A stretch of DNA of 63,705 bases, the filler included, from Octopus bimaculoides (taxonomy: Eukaryota), in NCBI RefSeq assembly GCF_001194135.2. It is 5 parts of 5 records of this genome, joined end to end, with 100 filler letters (N's around TTAATTAATTAA, not from the genome) between each part and the next. Parts side by side here need not be neighbours in the genome. Positions count along the whole stretch, not along the records: positions 22,852 to 44,590 come from NC_068986.1; 4 more parts are not named here. The stretch is one strand, 5' to 3'. How positions within the stretch are numbered: the first letter of the stretch is position 1; every line of letters begins with the position of its first letter. This document shows, one piece after another, positions 24,520 through 38,005 of this stretch. The translations under genes and the position numbers were made by a program. The notes beneath the pieces were generated by a model. The model worked only from the letters and a program-made list of their open reading frames with translations, was not told the DNA's origin and did not search any database.

Positions 24520-25256
24520 TACTAGCAGCTAAACCCGGTTTCACCCAGTCTGTTTGGATGATGTGGTTGTGATTGTTTGGTTAGGCACAATCTATAACAG
24601 CGTTTCTCAACCTGATCATTTCGTGTCCCGTTTCGATTGGAGCCTCCAGCTGTATGAAGATTTCACCCCCTCTTGACAGAAAATGGCTTCAGGAGTTGTG
24701 AAGAAAGAATTTGTACGTAGTCTATTTGTGAGAGCTATTCTATTGGACGTCTGTTTAATCAGTAAAAGATTTATTTAGTTATGAACATAGAAAGAAATTA
24801 TACATTAATCGCATTTTTTGTAAACAGTTTTATCTGTAAAAATTTTATTTGCAGAGACAAGAAATTGAAAGATATATGAAATGGACATGCATGTGTGTGT
24901 GTGTGTGTGAAAGGGGGATTGTATGTGAGAGAGAAAGAAGGTAAGAAAGAGAGATAGAGTGAGTGAGTGAATTTGTGTGTCATTGACTTACGTTGGCTGG
25001 CATGGCAAGTACGAAAAAGGAAAGGCGATCTTTTGAAGTGGGCATCGAATGAAGACACATGGACAGTTTTATGACTGAACTTCTTTTGAAGTTGTGGTGA
25101 GAGGGGAGAATTGATGTGCATGCATATGTCTGTGTGTGTATGTTTGATGGGGTGTGCGCGACAGAGAGAGTAATGTTGANNNNNNNNNNATATGTCTGTG
25201 TGTGTATGTTTGATGGGGTGTGCGCGACAGAGAGAGTAATGTTGATGGTGTATGTG

Positions 25257-25295
<39 letters not shown>

Positions 25296-25300
25296 AAGAA
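24520..25300 (+). mobile_element. Possible Helentron/DINE-1-like non-autonomous element (right end uncertain)
   Basis: Starts ATACTAGCAGCTAAACCCGGTTTCACCC after (TA)n; internal (GT)n and (GA)n. Confidence 0.35.
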
Positions 25301-27060
25301 AGTATCTTTGGATACTAAATTGTCAGCCTGCCAATACCTCTTTTGTGCACTTCTCTTGTCAGCTACTACCTCTCCTGTGCACTTATAGATAACATTGAGT
25401 ACATCATATGGAATTTCTATTTATTTCTATTCTGCATTGAGCATGGTCATTGCTCTGTTGAATTAGAATCCTATCTTCTTTGTTATTAAAACTTAAATAT
25501 TTGCTAAGTTTTTTTTGAGACCTCCTGACTTCAGGTTGTGTTTCAATGTTTGAAAATTCTTCTCTAAATCTTTCACAATTTATGATATAAGAACTAGATT
25601 ATCAGCATATAAGAATTCTCAAGGGTAACTGATATTAAATGCTACTGGTTAAGGCCAGGAGGGCTATAACAAATAAGAAGGGGCTGAGAACCGAAAACCT
25701 GATGGACATGCTGGAACATTATTGATTATAGAATTTCTCAGAAAGGGAGCTGATTTGGAGCTAAACAACAGCAACAATCGCAGCAGCAGCACCATTTAGA
25801 TATTTTGATTTTGTAGTTTGTTAGCATTTGGTGCCTTACTGCAGGTGTACCGATTTAACAAAATGAATACTCATTTGTATCTCAATTTTTGTCTTTTGGA
25901 GAAAGTTTGACTATCATCTTTTCCTTTTGCCCTTTCTCTAAAGCTTTTAGGTTTCATACTTAGGCCAATCAATCATTCAGTAGTTATTTATCTCATACAA
26001 GTGTAAATTTTAAATATCTTCTCATTGGATGTATCCAACAATGAGGGATTAGCTATATAGATTTGAAAAGAGTTTCCCACCTCACTGTATTAACAGCATG
26101 GGTTTTGAATTACTACTATAAATCAATGAAGCATTTGTTAATTATTCAATACTCCCTTAATTTATGGCAGTATGCTGTTCTATTGTATGAAATTAACTAA
26201 CAGCTAGATTGACCGATCATGTAAGACTTTAATGTCCTGGCCAAGGGTGCTGAACATACCACCCATGATGATTCAAAAATATCGACATTTTAACCAGAAG
26301 AAATGCACTCTACTATTTTGACTTGTAAAAACTTACAGCTTGGTAAAATAAAAAATGACAAAAAAACAAAACAAAGCAAACCAGTAATTAGTCTGGATAG
26401 TATGCTGCTTACATAATATCTTCAGTCGTAAATGTTTAATTGGAAGCTTTCAATAGACTTTAGTAATAGTTAATTGTATTTTACCATTTACAATCTGCTG
26501 TGGATGAAAATAAAACAAGTATTTCGTCAGCTCAACATAAGTTTAAAACGTAGTTATGATAAGTAGCATATGGAATTATTCACAAACAAAAGCAATTTCA
26601 TTCATGTATTGTTTATGAATTGAATGATTTATAATTAGTCAATTGTTTCTGTTCCATATCTTGTCTGTCCCAACTTATGTACTTTAAACTTGTCTGTAAA
26701 TCTAAAACGTTATCATAATTTTGACTGCCTTCCACGAGGTCAATACTTATCGGTTAATATACAGGTTAATGTCACAAAATAGTGAAAGTAAACTGTCCTT
26801 AAAAAATGAAAGTATATTGTGATAGAAACTAGAAGTGACTTCAGTAATATCCTGCAATTTCATGTAAATGGTGTACATGATATACCAATGTATCCAATAC
26901 ATAAATGTACATACATTTAATACAACATGACAATCTTGCAAATATTTTACTGAGTAGCCTGTTATTGCCTAGCAATTTTCACAATATAATGCCTTTAGTT
27001 CAATTTCTTTTAATTCTATGTCAGACCATGTCTTCTCTGATGGATAGGCTTCTTGATCAG

Positions 27061-29553
27061 TGTAATGAAAGTGACTTTACATTAAGATGTGCACACAAAG
27101 TTTGACGTCATATGTTTGTGATGTATGACATAACAAATACACATAGTAATGGCTGTGCCCAGTGTCATGTCATAATTTACATGGTAAGGTGGTGAGCTGG
27201 CAGAAACCTTAGCACGCCAGGTGAAATGCTTAGCAGTATTTCTGAGTTCTGAGTTCAAATTCTGCCGAGGTTGACTTTTCCTTTCAGCCCTTTGGGATTG
27301 ATAAATTAGGTACCAGTTGCATACTAGGGTCGATCTAATTGACTGGCCCCCTTCCCAAAAATTTCGGGTCTTGTGCCTAGAGTAGAAAAGAAATAATTTA
27401 CATAGTGTTAGAAAAGGGATTGAATAATCACCCAAATGGATCAGATAAGAAGCATGAATGAGCTTAATCTTGAAGGCAATGTAGCCAAGAACTGGAATCG
27501 CAGGTAAATCATAGAGTGTGAAGTGTGCTACTCTACTACACGTGGTGGGAGAGGCCACAATTTAAGTGAATAACTCTTTTGAGTTGAGTGAGGAAGTGGA
27601 TAGCAAGAATTACGACAAAGTGAAGCAAAAGTTTCAGGAATTCTGTGAACCGAAGAAAAATCTGACGATTGAGAGACATGCATTTTTCGCACGATCTCAA
27701 AAACCAGGTGAGACAATTGATCAGTATGAGACAGATTTAAAGAATAAATCTAGAACTTGTGAGTTTCGGACATGGGCTCATTAAAGACAGAATTGGCTTT
27801 GAAATTGTTAGTGATAGCCTCAGAATGCAGTTACTGAGAGAGCATGATTTTGATTTAGAAAAAATTGTACAGATGTGTAGGGCTACAGAAATCAGTGCAT
27901 AAAAATTGAAAGTTCTTAATGATGAATAGTCAACCATATCTAAAGAAATCAATGCCATGAATGCCAGTAGGGGTCCAAGAAGAAAGTATGAACCTAGAGG
28001 TAGAACAAAAGAATGCCCTCAATTTAGACAGTGTGGTTACAAACATGCTAAAGATAAGTGTCCAGCTGCAAGAAAAGTTTGTGACAAATGCAGTGGTAAA
28101 CATCATTTTGCCAGCATGTGTAAAACTAGCATACCATCTAGGCATAACAGACAAGACACTAGAGAGAGAAAACAAAAATGTTCAGTTGACAATTCTGAAG
28201 AAATTGAAGAATTATTCATTAGACAGATGACCACCAATGAAGACGATGAAGACTGATAAGCGACTTTGTTAATCAACAAGAAACCAGTGAAAGTCAAACT
28301 GGATACAGGTGCACAGTGCAATATCATTTCCAAATCAATGTTCGACAGTTTGAATTTGAAGAATAAGGAACTGTTAAGATCAAAAGTGAAATTTGTGTCA
28401 TACTTTGAAGAAAAGCAATTCCCACTTGGACAGATAGAACTATTAGTATCAAGTGAAATCAGTGGCACTTCAAATGAAGTACTATTCCAGGTTGTGGAGG
28501 AAAACCACTCAAGTATTCTGGGAAGAAAAACCTGTGAGAAATTGAAGTTGGTACAGTGAGTTCACAACATTCTGAAAGTGAATACAGACATACTGGGAGA
28601 ATATCCAGAGCTGTTCCAAGGACTCAGATGCATACTGGGAGAACAGCATGGACAAAATCACACCTGTGGTACACTTGCCAAGAAAGGTACCTGCTGCTTT
28701 GATAGACAAAGTACAAGCAGAACATAATTGAATGACCAAGCTTGGAGTTGTTGTTAAAGAGACTCAACCCACAAACTGGGTTAATAGCATGGTGATAGTC
28801 ATGAAACCAAGCAAGATTAAAATCTGTATAGACCCCAAAAAAATCTCAATTGTGCCATAAAAAGAGAACATTATCCTATCAGAACTGTTGAGGAAATTAT
28901 ATCACAAATGCCAGGTGCCAAGCTGTTCACCATTCTTGATGCAGAGTCTGGATGTTGACAGATGCAACCTGATGAAAGCAGTTCCAAGTTGTGTACCTTC
29001 AATACTTCATTCAGTAGATAATGATTCACTCAGCTACCTTTCGGAGTGAAGTTGTCACCCGAGGTATTTCAGAGAACAATGTCACAGATCCTAGAAGGTT
29101 TATCAGGCACAGAATATATTGTTAATGACATTTTGGTGTGGGGTACAGACATCAAGCAACATGATGAAAGATTGCATGCCATTCTGAACAGAATACAGTC
29201 AAGTGACCTGAAATTGAATGCAAAGAAATGCAAGCTGAGAATGACGGAGGTCATATATGTAGGGCATCTTCTCTCTGACAAAGGACTGAAGCCAGATCCT
29301 GAAAAGGTGAAAGCTATCCAAGAAATGCTGGAGCCTGAAAACAAAATAGATCTGATGAAATTCTTTGGTATGATACAGTATCTGGGAAAGTTCATGCCAA
29401 ATCTCTCTAGTGAAATTGCAGCTCTACAAGAGTTATTGCCGAAGGACATTGCATGGCACTGGGAAGAAAGACAGCAAACATGTTTCAAGAATTTGAAACA
29501 AAGAGTGACAAAGACTCCAGTACTACAGTGACAAAGACTCCAGTACTACTATG
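27061..29553 (+). mobile_element. Decayed Mag-like Ty3/Gypsy LTR retrotransposon: putative short 5' LTR, Leu PBS, gag, protease, RT; truncated before RNase H and integrase
   Basis: Double Cys-His knuckle CRQCGYKH..CDKCSGKHHFASMC; KLDTGAQCNII; LSPEVFQR..YIVNDILVWG; many stops and frameshifts; PBS-like TAGTGTTAGAAAAGGGATT (27403-27421); LTR start is uncertain. Confidence 0.85.
27186..27392 (+). mobile_element. SINE inserted at the Gypsy LTR/PBS junction with a 14-bp TSD
   Basis: ATAATTTACATGGT (27172-27185) and ATAATTTACATAGT (27393-27406). Confidence 0.85.
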
Positions 29554-30352
29554 TTGAATTTCAAGTTAAACAAGTTGAACTGTGTTCATTGCTAGAAAGC
29601 ATATTTCATTATTCCTTCCACGTTTGAAGAAGTTAAAAGATTATTTTCTTAATGGAAAAAAATTTAAAAGATCATTCATGGACAGTTAAATTTAAAGAAG
29701 ATATAGTCATGGTCTTTGAAGAAAGTTGCTTTATCAGAAAGATAGTTTAAGTTCCAAATATTGCCATAACTGAAACTTAGTGCGTATATTTATCTTGCAA
29801 TGTTTGTATAGAAGGTTGATATAATGAATCCAATTTTGTGATTCCTTTATTCCTGAAAAAATTTAGAAATATATTACCAAGGTTTAAAGTTTGATAATTT
29901 TTACCGAATTAGAAAATAGGATGTGGAAGCTAGCAAAATGAAAGTAATAGACATCGAAGACGAAGTTTTAAACAAAATGAAAGCAAAACTACTACGTCGA
30001 AAATTGTAAGAAGTTTTAGACAAAATGAAAGTGAAATATTGTAAGGACGAATGTTGTAAAAAGTTTTAATAAGTTTCAATAAATAAGGTCATGTGAAACA
30101 GTCGAATGGGCATAGATAATTTACATAGAGCTAAATGCTCTTGATATTGCATAACATGTAATATCAAGAAAGAGGGAGAGAGAGAGAGAGAGAAAGAAAA
30201 AGAGAGAGAGGGCGGGGTAGTAGCATGAGTGAGAGGGCGGGGTAGTAGCATGAGTGAGAGGTATACATATACAGAGAGAAAGAGAGAGAAAGATAAAGAA
30301 TGCGGAAAATATACATGTAGAGAAGGGGAAGGCATAAAAGACAGAGAAAGCC

Positions 30353-30389
<37 letters not shown>

Positions 30390-30779
30390 GATTTGGTGAT
30401 CTAAAAGTTGAGTCATTTCTCGTAGAAAATTATATTTTTTTAATTACTAATGATCGAAAGCCTTACTGTCGAGACGCTGATTTCGAAAATCAAATACATT
30501 TTCCCCGAAACGCACCGTTTTGGAGCGTTTCCGTGATATGCACACATACATAGGCTTTCATTTATATTGCTGATACGAGATGAAAACTGTCACATTAACA
30601 GAAAAACATAACACTCATTGTTATATGAAACGAAACATATTTAATATAATATGAAAACCGTACATATTTTTTTATATACATTTTTCTGTACCCCTTTCTA
30701 CAGCACTAAGCACCCAGTGCCCTTCATGCTACTCTCCTCGGTAATATTTCCGATGCATATATTTTGATTCATCTATTTT

Positions 30780-30960
30780 TACAGTAACCGGACATCCTAC
30801 ACCGAATTGCTGTGGATGCGCTTCCGAGTGCTGCTAACACACATTTCTTAGGAAATTACATCGTAGCGGTAATTCGAAACCCTAACCGCTGGATAACCGG
30901 TCAGACAACATGAGCAAACCGCCACATTTTCTATGAAGTAACCAGTCAGTATTAAGCTGT
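30780..30960 (-). promoter_or_regulatory. Candidate promoter or first-exon region of an unseen host gene
   Basis: Unique CpG-rich segment at the CpG-depletion boundary; YY1-like AAAATGTGGCGG (30930-30919) and ETS-like CGGAAG on the minus strand. Confidence 0.3.
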
Positions 30961-32295
30961 TGCATGATTTGGTATTCTAAAATATTCTTTCCTTATTTCA
31001 TCAAATTTGCCATAAAGGCTTTTTTACATAGATAGAAGCAAATGCTGACTGGACAACAACACAAATGAAATGAATGATGAGCAAAATAATGATATTGATG
31101 AGGGAAGCAGACGACGCCCACCAATGGATGCTTCCCGAAAACATTGTTCTTCTCTTCTCCTTTACAAAACCATTTGAGGCTATAAACCTCTATCTACAAT
31201 TCACTGGGACACAAGTTCCTTTCAAATGAGACACCAAGCCTGTTACATTTTTCACAAATGGACTCCATGTCCTTACAAAACGAGGCACTAAGCCTCTTAC
31301 CTTTTTTACAACTCGAGGCATTAAAGCCTCTTACTTNNNNNNNNNNNNNNNNNNNNNNNNNNNNNNNNNNNNNNNNNNNNNNNNNNNNNNNNNNNNNNNN
31401 NNNNNNNNNNNNNNNNNNNNNNNNNNNNNNNNNNNNNNNNNNNNNNNNNNNNNNNNNNNNNNNNNNNNNNNNNNNNNNNNNNNNNNNNNNNNNNNNNNNN
31501 NNNNNNNNNNNNNNNNNNNNNNNNNNNNNNNNNNNNNNNNNNNNNNNNNNNNNNNNNNNNNNNNNNNNNNNNNNNNNNNNNNNNNNNNNNNNNNNNNNNN
31601 NNNNNNNNNNNNNNNNNNNNNNNNNNNNNNACATGGAAGTAAGTTTACTGGATCTTTTAGAATATTAAAAACCATTTGAATGCTCGAAGGTTCAACGCTA
31701 GTGTTGTTACTATTATGTCACAATTGAATACATTTAAAAAGAAATAAAGTTCATAATATCTGAGTTGGAACTTCTCGTTGCTATAAAAGAGTGTTTTCTG
31801 TAATAAATAAGGTGTGGTCAGATGAGCGGGGCAGTATACTAGAATCTACTACGAAAAGCGTTCTGATGACTAAACGAAACATCTCATTAAGCAGCTGAGA
31901 ATTTCATTTGGTAAAGCCAAATATAGTAATGAGTGTTTTTTCCTTTTTTTTTAGAAAGTTTCAAGTGGAAAATATAAATAAAATACTTCTCATTATATAA
32001 AGTATTACTCGACATTTACCATGTATACTTAGTTTGATTTACTTATAAATGTTACTGGTCTACTTGACAATATTGTGCTGTTATGAAAACAAAAGTTGCT
32101 TTGCACATCTATTTCTGTTCACTTTATCTCTCTCTTTGTCCCTTACCCTGACTCTTAATCTTGTACATGATAAAGACATCATACGTCTTGACAGATCGAA
32201 ATTGTTGGACAATGTAGACAATAAAGATTTGAATTGATCAAGTCATTCATTGTGGAATTCCTGCTAAGAATGTGGCAAATATCAGACGACATTAA

Positions 32296-32807
32296 CCCTT
32301 AAACGGCTGACATCATTAACCGATGGATTTTTCATTAGACAAACAGCAGACCTCATCAACTGATGTTTCAAAAATTTTACTTAGGTCCAGTCATCATCAA
32401 TTGGCTCTCGAGTGCCCGACTTCCTTAAATACACCTACGCATAAGCAGCCCTTATCTGTGGGAGAAATTAAGTTGCAAATGAAATATTTATGCAGCGATG
32501 ACGACTATTTATTTCCTCATTTTCCTTCGTCATCAGATGAAGTAGACGATACTTATGATGTTCGAGATAGTTTAGAAGAAAGTTCTGTATGAAAAAAGTA
32601 CATAAATTTTTCTCCATTTGTACATTCGTTTGACAACACTGCAGAAATTTCAATTGCGTGCCTTAATTTTTATTATCTAAGAGAATTAAGATATTTTCAT
32701 TGTGTTTGTACTTATTTAAAGTGAAAATATGAGTAAAAACGATCCATTTTTGTTTTTTGCTCGTTTGGCACACTTATTCACGTAACCTTCTCCCACTATT
32801 CAAGGGT
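32296..32807 (+). mobile_element. Internally deleted piggyBac-type element with TTAA TSD
   Basis: TTAA-CCCTTAAA...TTCAAGGG-TTAA; short ORF 32323-32592 ending in an acidic S/D-rich stretch. Confidence 0.65.
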
Positions 32808-32849
32808 TAAGAGACTCTCCATAGTTAAACATAGTTAGACAGGCAAATT

Positions 32850-33745
32850 AAGTCGGTGTTGAGCTACTGAAGGCTAGTTTCGAAAAACCAAAAAGATTTC
32901 CCAGGGCAAGTAATGAAAATAAAGGAAATATTCATGCCAATCACGAAGTTTCAAAACATATGGAATGTTTGTCAAAAAGAATATTTACCGACATTGTTTG
33001 TTGCGAAAGGAAATTTATATTTGCTTATATCAGCTTGTTTGTAATAGAGTTCAAATGATGAGTAGAAGAAATCTCCATAGATGTTGAAACTTATTTAAGG
33101 GATACTTGCAGTTAATCGAAATTTTTTTTTCACTAGCGCTTAACGAGAGCAAAAGACTTGAGAAATATTGCTTAATATGGAATTATGCAGGAGCGACCAT
33201 TAGATTAAAAAATGTTTGAAGATTTATTGAAAAAGGCTGAAATGGAAGTTTATGTACCAAAGCTAAGAGGCATCTCAACTGATGGGGCATCGATAATTGT
33301 GGCAAAGAAGAAAGACATCATGACATTGCTGCAAGGATAAATGGTAAACCTCGAAACCGCGCCCAAGCTTCCTGAACTTCAATTATCAATCAAAAGTTAT
33401 GTGTCAAGTCTTTGAAATCAAGGAATATCATGAACATTGTTGAGAAAATAATGACAATCCTCTCTCATCAATTAAATCGTGATCAAATTTAGAAGTTTTT
33501 GTTGGAAACAGAATATGGAAACCGGGCTTATTTCTGCAATATGCGATAACTTAACCGAAGGTCAAGTAGGGGAATGGGTATTTGCGTTACACAAAGAAGT
33601 GGCAGTAAAACTTGCAAAGCTAAAATGCGGATACTCTGAAAGGGCTAAAGACAGATACCTTCCTTTTTGGCCGAGACTTCATCAACTTCTTCAAATTCTA
33701 CTTAGGGAAATATTGCCTTCCAGCAATTTGTTGAAAGGTGGGTGA
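32850..33745 (+). pseudogene. Decayed hAT transposase (GTF2IRD2/SPIN/Charlie-like)
   Basis: KLRGISTDGASIIV (STDGA motif); FLLETEYG..AYFCNMR*LNRR (resembles YFCNVRWLSRG). Confidence 0.65.
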
Positions 33746-34040
33746 ATGTGGCAAAAATGGTCCGAGTGAACAGGCCTGCTCTGAGCATGCGACTATAGAT
33801 TGAGGGAAGAGGACGAAGGGAGGGAACTTGTCTTTGTGCTCAGAGTGACAGTGGTTTTGTCAAATTTCCTTGAGCAGCCTTCGGAAATCTCTCTTTTTTA
33901 AGGAAAGTTTTTCTGCTCTGAATTTTTTGTTTCTTTTTTTTTTGTTACTTTACTATTTACAGGCTTTTATGTAACTCCACATTGCAGCGTCTTTGTACCG
34001 TCCTCGCCCATTTTGCAAACCTTTGGGTGTTAATGAAGTA

Positions 34041-34118
<78 letters not shown>

Positions 34119-34119
34119 G

Positions 34120-34325
34120 CAGGCTGGCAAAATTGTTAGCACGTCAGGTAAAATGTTTAGCGGCATTTTGTCCGTCTTGCGCTCTGAGTTCAAATGCCGT
34201 CAGGGTCAACTTTGCCTTTCATCCTTTCGGGATCGATAAAATAAGTACCAGAAGGATACTGGGATCGATGTAATTGACTTAACCCTTCGCCCCAAATTGC
34301 TGACCTTGTGCCAAAATATGAAATC
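34120..34325 (+). mobile_element. tRNA-derived SINE between (ATT)n arrays
   Basis: GCTGGCA..TTAGC head family. Confidence 0.8.
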
Positions 34326-34892
34326 ATTATTATTATTANNNNNNNNNNNNNNNNNNNNNNNNNNNNNNNNNNNNNNNNNNNNNNNNNNNNNNNNNNNNNN
34401 NNNNNNNNNNNNNNNNNNNNNNNNNNNNNNNNNNNNNNNNNNNNNNNNNNNNNNNNNNNNNNNNNNNNNNNNNNNNNNNNNNNNNNNNNNNNNNNNNNNN
34501 NNNNNNNNNNNNNNNNNNNNNNNNNNNNNNNNNNNNNNNNNNNNNNNNNNNNNNNNNNNNNNNNNNNNNNNNNNNNNNNNNNNNNNNNNNNNNNNNNNNN
34601 NNNNNNNNNNNNNNNNNNNNNNNNNNNNNNNNNNNNNNNNNNNNNNNNNNNNNNNNNNNNNNNNNNNNNNNNNNNNNNNNNNNNNNNNNNNNNNNNNNNN
34701 NNNNNNNNNNNNNNNNNNNNNNNNNNNNNNNNNNNNNNNNNNNNNNNNNNNNNNNNNNNNNNNNNNNNNNNNNNNNNNNNNNNNNNNNNNNNNNNNNNNN
34801 NNNNNNNNNNNNNNNNNNNNNNNNNNNNNNNNNNNNNNNNNNNNNNNNNNNNNNNNNNNNNNNNNNNNNNNNNNNNNNNNNNNNNNNNNNNN

Positions 34893-34927
<35 letters not shown>

Positions 34928-34930
<3 letters not shown>

Positions 34931-35041
34931 TAGTTTTATTTTTATAACGTACTTTCACTTCACTACCGAGCGCAGCTCTGTGCGCCTTGGGTATGTGCTG
35001 TGGTTTGCTGTGGTGCTCTTATGTTTACTGTATTGAAAGTG

Positions 35042-35045
<4 letters not shown>
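34928..35045 (-). mobile_element. Very short 3' UTR remnant of a LINE (probably R4/Dong-like) embedded in (TTA)n
   Basis: Non-repetitive 118 bp flanked on both sides by (TTA)n; family assignment from recall. Confidence 0.4.
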
Positions 35046-35113
<68 letters not shown>

Positions 35114-35753
35114 TCACTGTTGGAATCGAACAAACTACTGCTCTGTTACAATATAAAGATAGAAGCTGAACACAATGTAGAATTAAACACAATATTGTTT
35201 ACAGACGGATTAACAAAATTAAGTTGATTTTGCAATGAAGCACAAAACAATGTCAGTAAAAGATTTCAATAATGAACTTTTCTCTAAGTTGGAAATATCA
35301 AATCGACTGTTTACTATGAACTCTGCAGAGTTAATAGCCAAGTATATCGAGGTCAAACACCGCCACCACCTACATGTCTACTGTTGATTGAAAATGTTAA
35401 TAGCGTAAAGCAGCAGCCGTTTTAACTGAAAGATACTATTACAAATATTTTACGAATAATAGTTGTTTTATCGTTCATATCTTTTGCTCTTTGTTGTTTA
35501 TTGTGCATACTGCATCTCGAAATAGTGGAATTAGTATTATTTAGCAAGTTTTATCACTTACACCTGTTGACACAAACGTTGTTTTGTTACATTGTTTATT
35601 TATAGTGTGACGTATGGTTTTGCATGTAAGTTGTAGTCGAAGTAGTAGTTGTTTACTTGTCAGTTCTGCAAGCCGAGTTTATTCTGCAGGTCATGCTGCT
35701 CTAGGATTTGACACAAATAAGGAAAACAAAAGTTGAAAGCTGTCACTGTATTG

Positions 35754-35787
<34 letters not shown>

Positions 35788-37154
35788 TTTAAACAGAGAT
35801 GAAAAAAATTGAAANNNNNNNNNNNNNNNNNNNNNNNNNNNNNNNNNNNNNNNNNNNNNNNNNNNNNNNNNNNNNNNNNNNNNNNNNNNNNNNNNNNNNN
35901 NNNNNNNNNNNNNNNNNNNNNNNNNNNNNNNNNNNNNNNNNNNNNNNNNNNNNNNNNNNNNNNNNNNNNNNNNNNNNNNNNNNNNNNNNNNNNNNNNNNN
36001 NNNNNNNNNNNNNNNNNNNNNNNNNNNNNNNNNNNNNNNNNNNNNNNNNNNNNNNNNNNNNNNNNNNNNNNNNNNNNNNNNNNNNNNNNNNNNNNNNNNN
36101 NNNNNNNNNNNNNNNNNNNNNNNNNNNNNNNNNNNNNNNNNNNNNNNNNNNNNNNNNNNNNNNNNNNNNNNNNNNNNNNNNNNNNNNNNNNNNNNNNNNN
36201 NNNNNNNNNNNNNNNNNNNNNNNNNNNNNNNNNNNNNNNNNNNNNNNNNNNNNNNNNNNNNNNNNNNNNNNNNNNNNNNNNNNNNNNNNNNNNNNNNNNN
36301 NNNNNNNNNNNNNNNNNNNNNNNNNNNNNNNNNNNNNNNNNNNNNNNNNNNNNNNNNNNNNNNNNNNNNNNNNNNNNNNNNNNNNNNNNNNNNNNNNNNN
36401 NNNNNNNNNNNNNNNNNNNNNNNNNNNNNNNNNNNNNNNNNNNNGAGGAGGTGCATTTTTTCTTTTTAAATTGAAATTTTACAAAAATTTTGGAAATTTT
36501 TTCAGAATCATAATCTCCGTATTTTACCGCATATTAAAAAAATAAAAAATTTCTGAAAAAAGTTTAAAAAATGATGAAATTAGGGGCGGGGGGTAATTTC
36601 AACATGCCGATTTTTGCCAATTTTTTTGCATATTCGCATTCTCCGTAACCGAAAACGGGGGTTTGTCTAAAAAAAAAAAAGGGTGAGGGGTTGGGGGTAC
36701 AAAAGGAAGTCTTGCCGGCTCCTGCTTTAAAGACGATAAAAAATATTAGGGAGAACAGGTATACATATAGAAGGCGATTGTGGGCATACAGATGTTCATA
36801 ATTTGCACAGACTTGCTGTGGCAGTTGTGGGCGTCCATGAGGAACCTGGAGACTTCAGGCCAAATATAGCTATAAACAGAAACCTCGACAACATCTTTCG
36901 ATGAGAAAATGGTAATTTGGTTTCTTTTAATTGCGCTACGACAAACATTACAAGTCAAATAAAGCAAACTTGCATTACATATGTATATGACAGCTAAAGC
37001 TCTCCAGGTAGCAAGTGTCACGGCTTAGAATCCATGAAGCATTTGTAAGACAGCAGAAGCTACTAAAACCCAAAGACAAAGCTTCACATTCAGCGTCTAA
37101 AAAATAGTATCATCCACTCAAGAATAATATCTATGTATCCGGAACGGTATGTGA

Positions 37155-37500
37155 AGGCGCATGGTTCAGTGGTTAGAGCTTCGGGCTCACAATAATAAAA
37201 TATTGAGTTCGATTCCCGGACCGGGCTGTGTGGTTTGTTCTCGAGCAAGTCACTTTATTTCACGTTACTCCAGTTCACTTAGCTGTAGAAATAAGTTGCG
37301 ACGTCACTGGTGCCAAGCTGTATCGGCCCCTTTGCCTTTCCCTTGGATAACAACAGTGGGATGGAGAGGTGAGGCTGGTATGCATGGGTGATTGTTGATC
37401 TTCCATAAAAACCAACCTTGCCCAAGCTTTTGTTTCGAAGTGGGGCTTTCTAGGTGCAAACCCATGATCATTCTTGACCGAAGGGTGTCTTTGCCCTTTA
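37155..37500 (+). mobile_element. tRNA-derived SINE (GGCGCATGG..AGTGGTTAGAG head)
   Basis: A-box TGGTTCAGTGG, B-box GAGTTCGATTCC, GAGCAAGTCACTTTATTTC core. Confidence 0.75.
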
Positions 37501-37950
37501 TCTGGAATGGTGCTACTACTGCTGCATCCTGGATAGTATACCGAATATGGTATTCTTATTTCTGCTTCTTTGTTTTAGCAAACTGTGGGTCACATTAATC
37601 CAAACCCACTTTATGCGACTTATAATGCTTTGAATCATATTTCTGCTTGACCAGGGATGGTTCTGGAAGATCTAACAACTACAATCCACATGTTTCATCC
37701 ATCTCTTTTCGGCTTCCTACCCATATTGTCTCTTACTCCGAGACCCTGTATGGAATCATTTCTTAAAGACCTTTCTTTCAAGAACTGCAAACCTAATGAA
37801 TTCCCTCCTTGTATTCCTGAACTTCAACTCCGTCAATCTTTCCATTCTTCGGAGTCTACAACGGTCATAACTGCCACCTGTCCTTCCCGGACTATATTTA
37901 ATACAGTCTACCATTACTCTCAGCAACATAAAAATACTACACATACGCTC

Positions 37951-38005
<55 letters not shown>

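Noticed and set aside
25122-25245. About 56-bp direct repeat either side of a 10-N gap
   Set aside because: Typical unmerged contig overlap, an assembly artefact.
31863-31910. CTGATGA-CTAAAC-GAAAC hammerhead-like core
   Set aside because: No stem II, no GUH triplet in register, no stem I.
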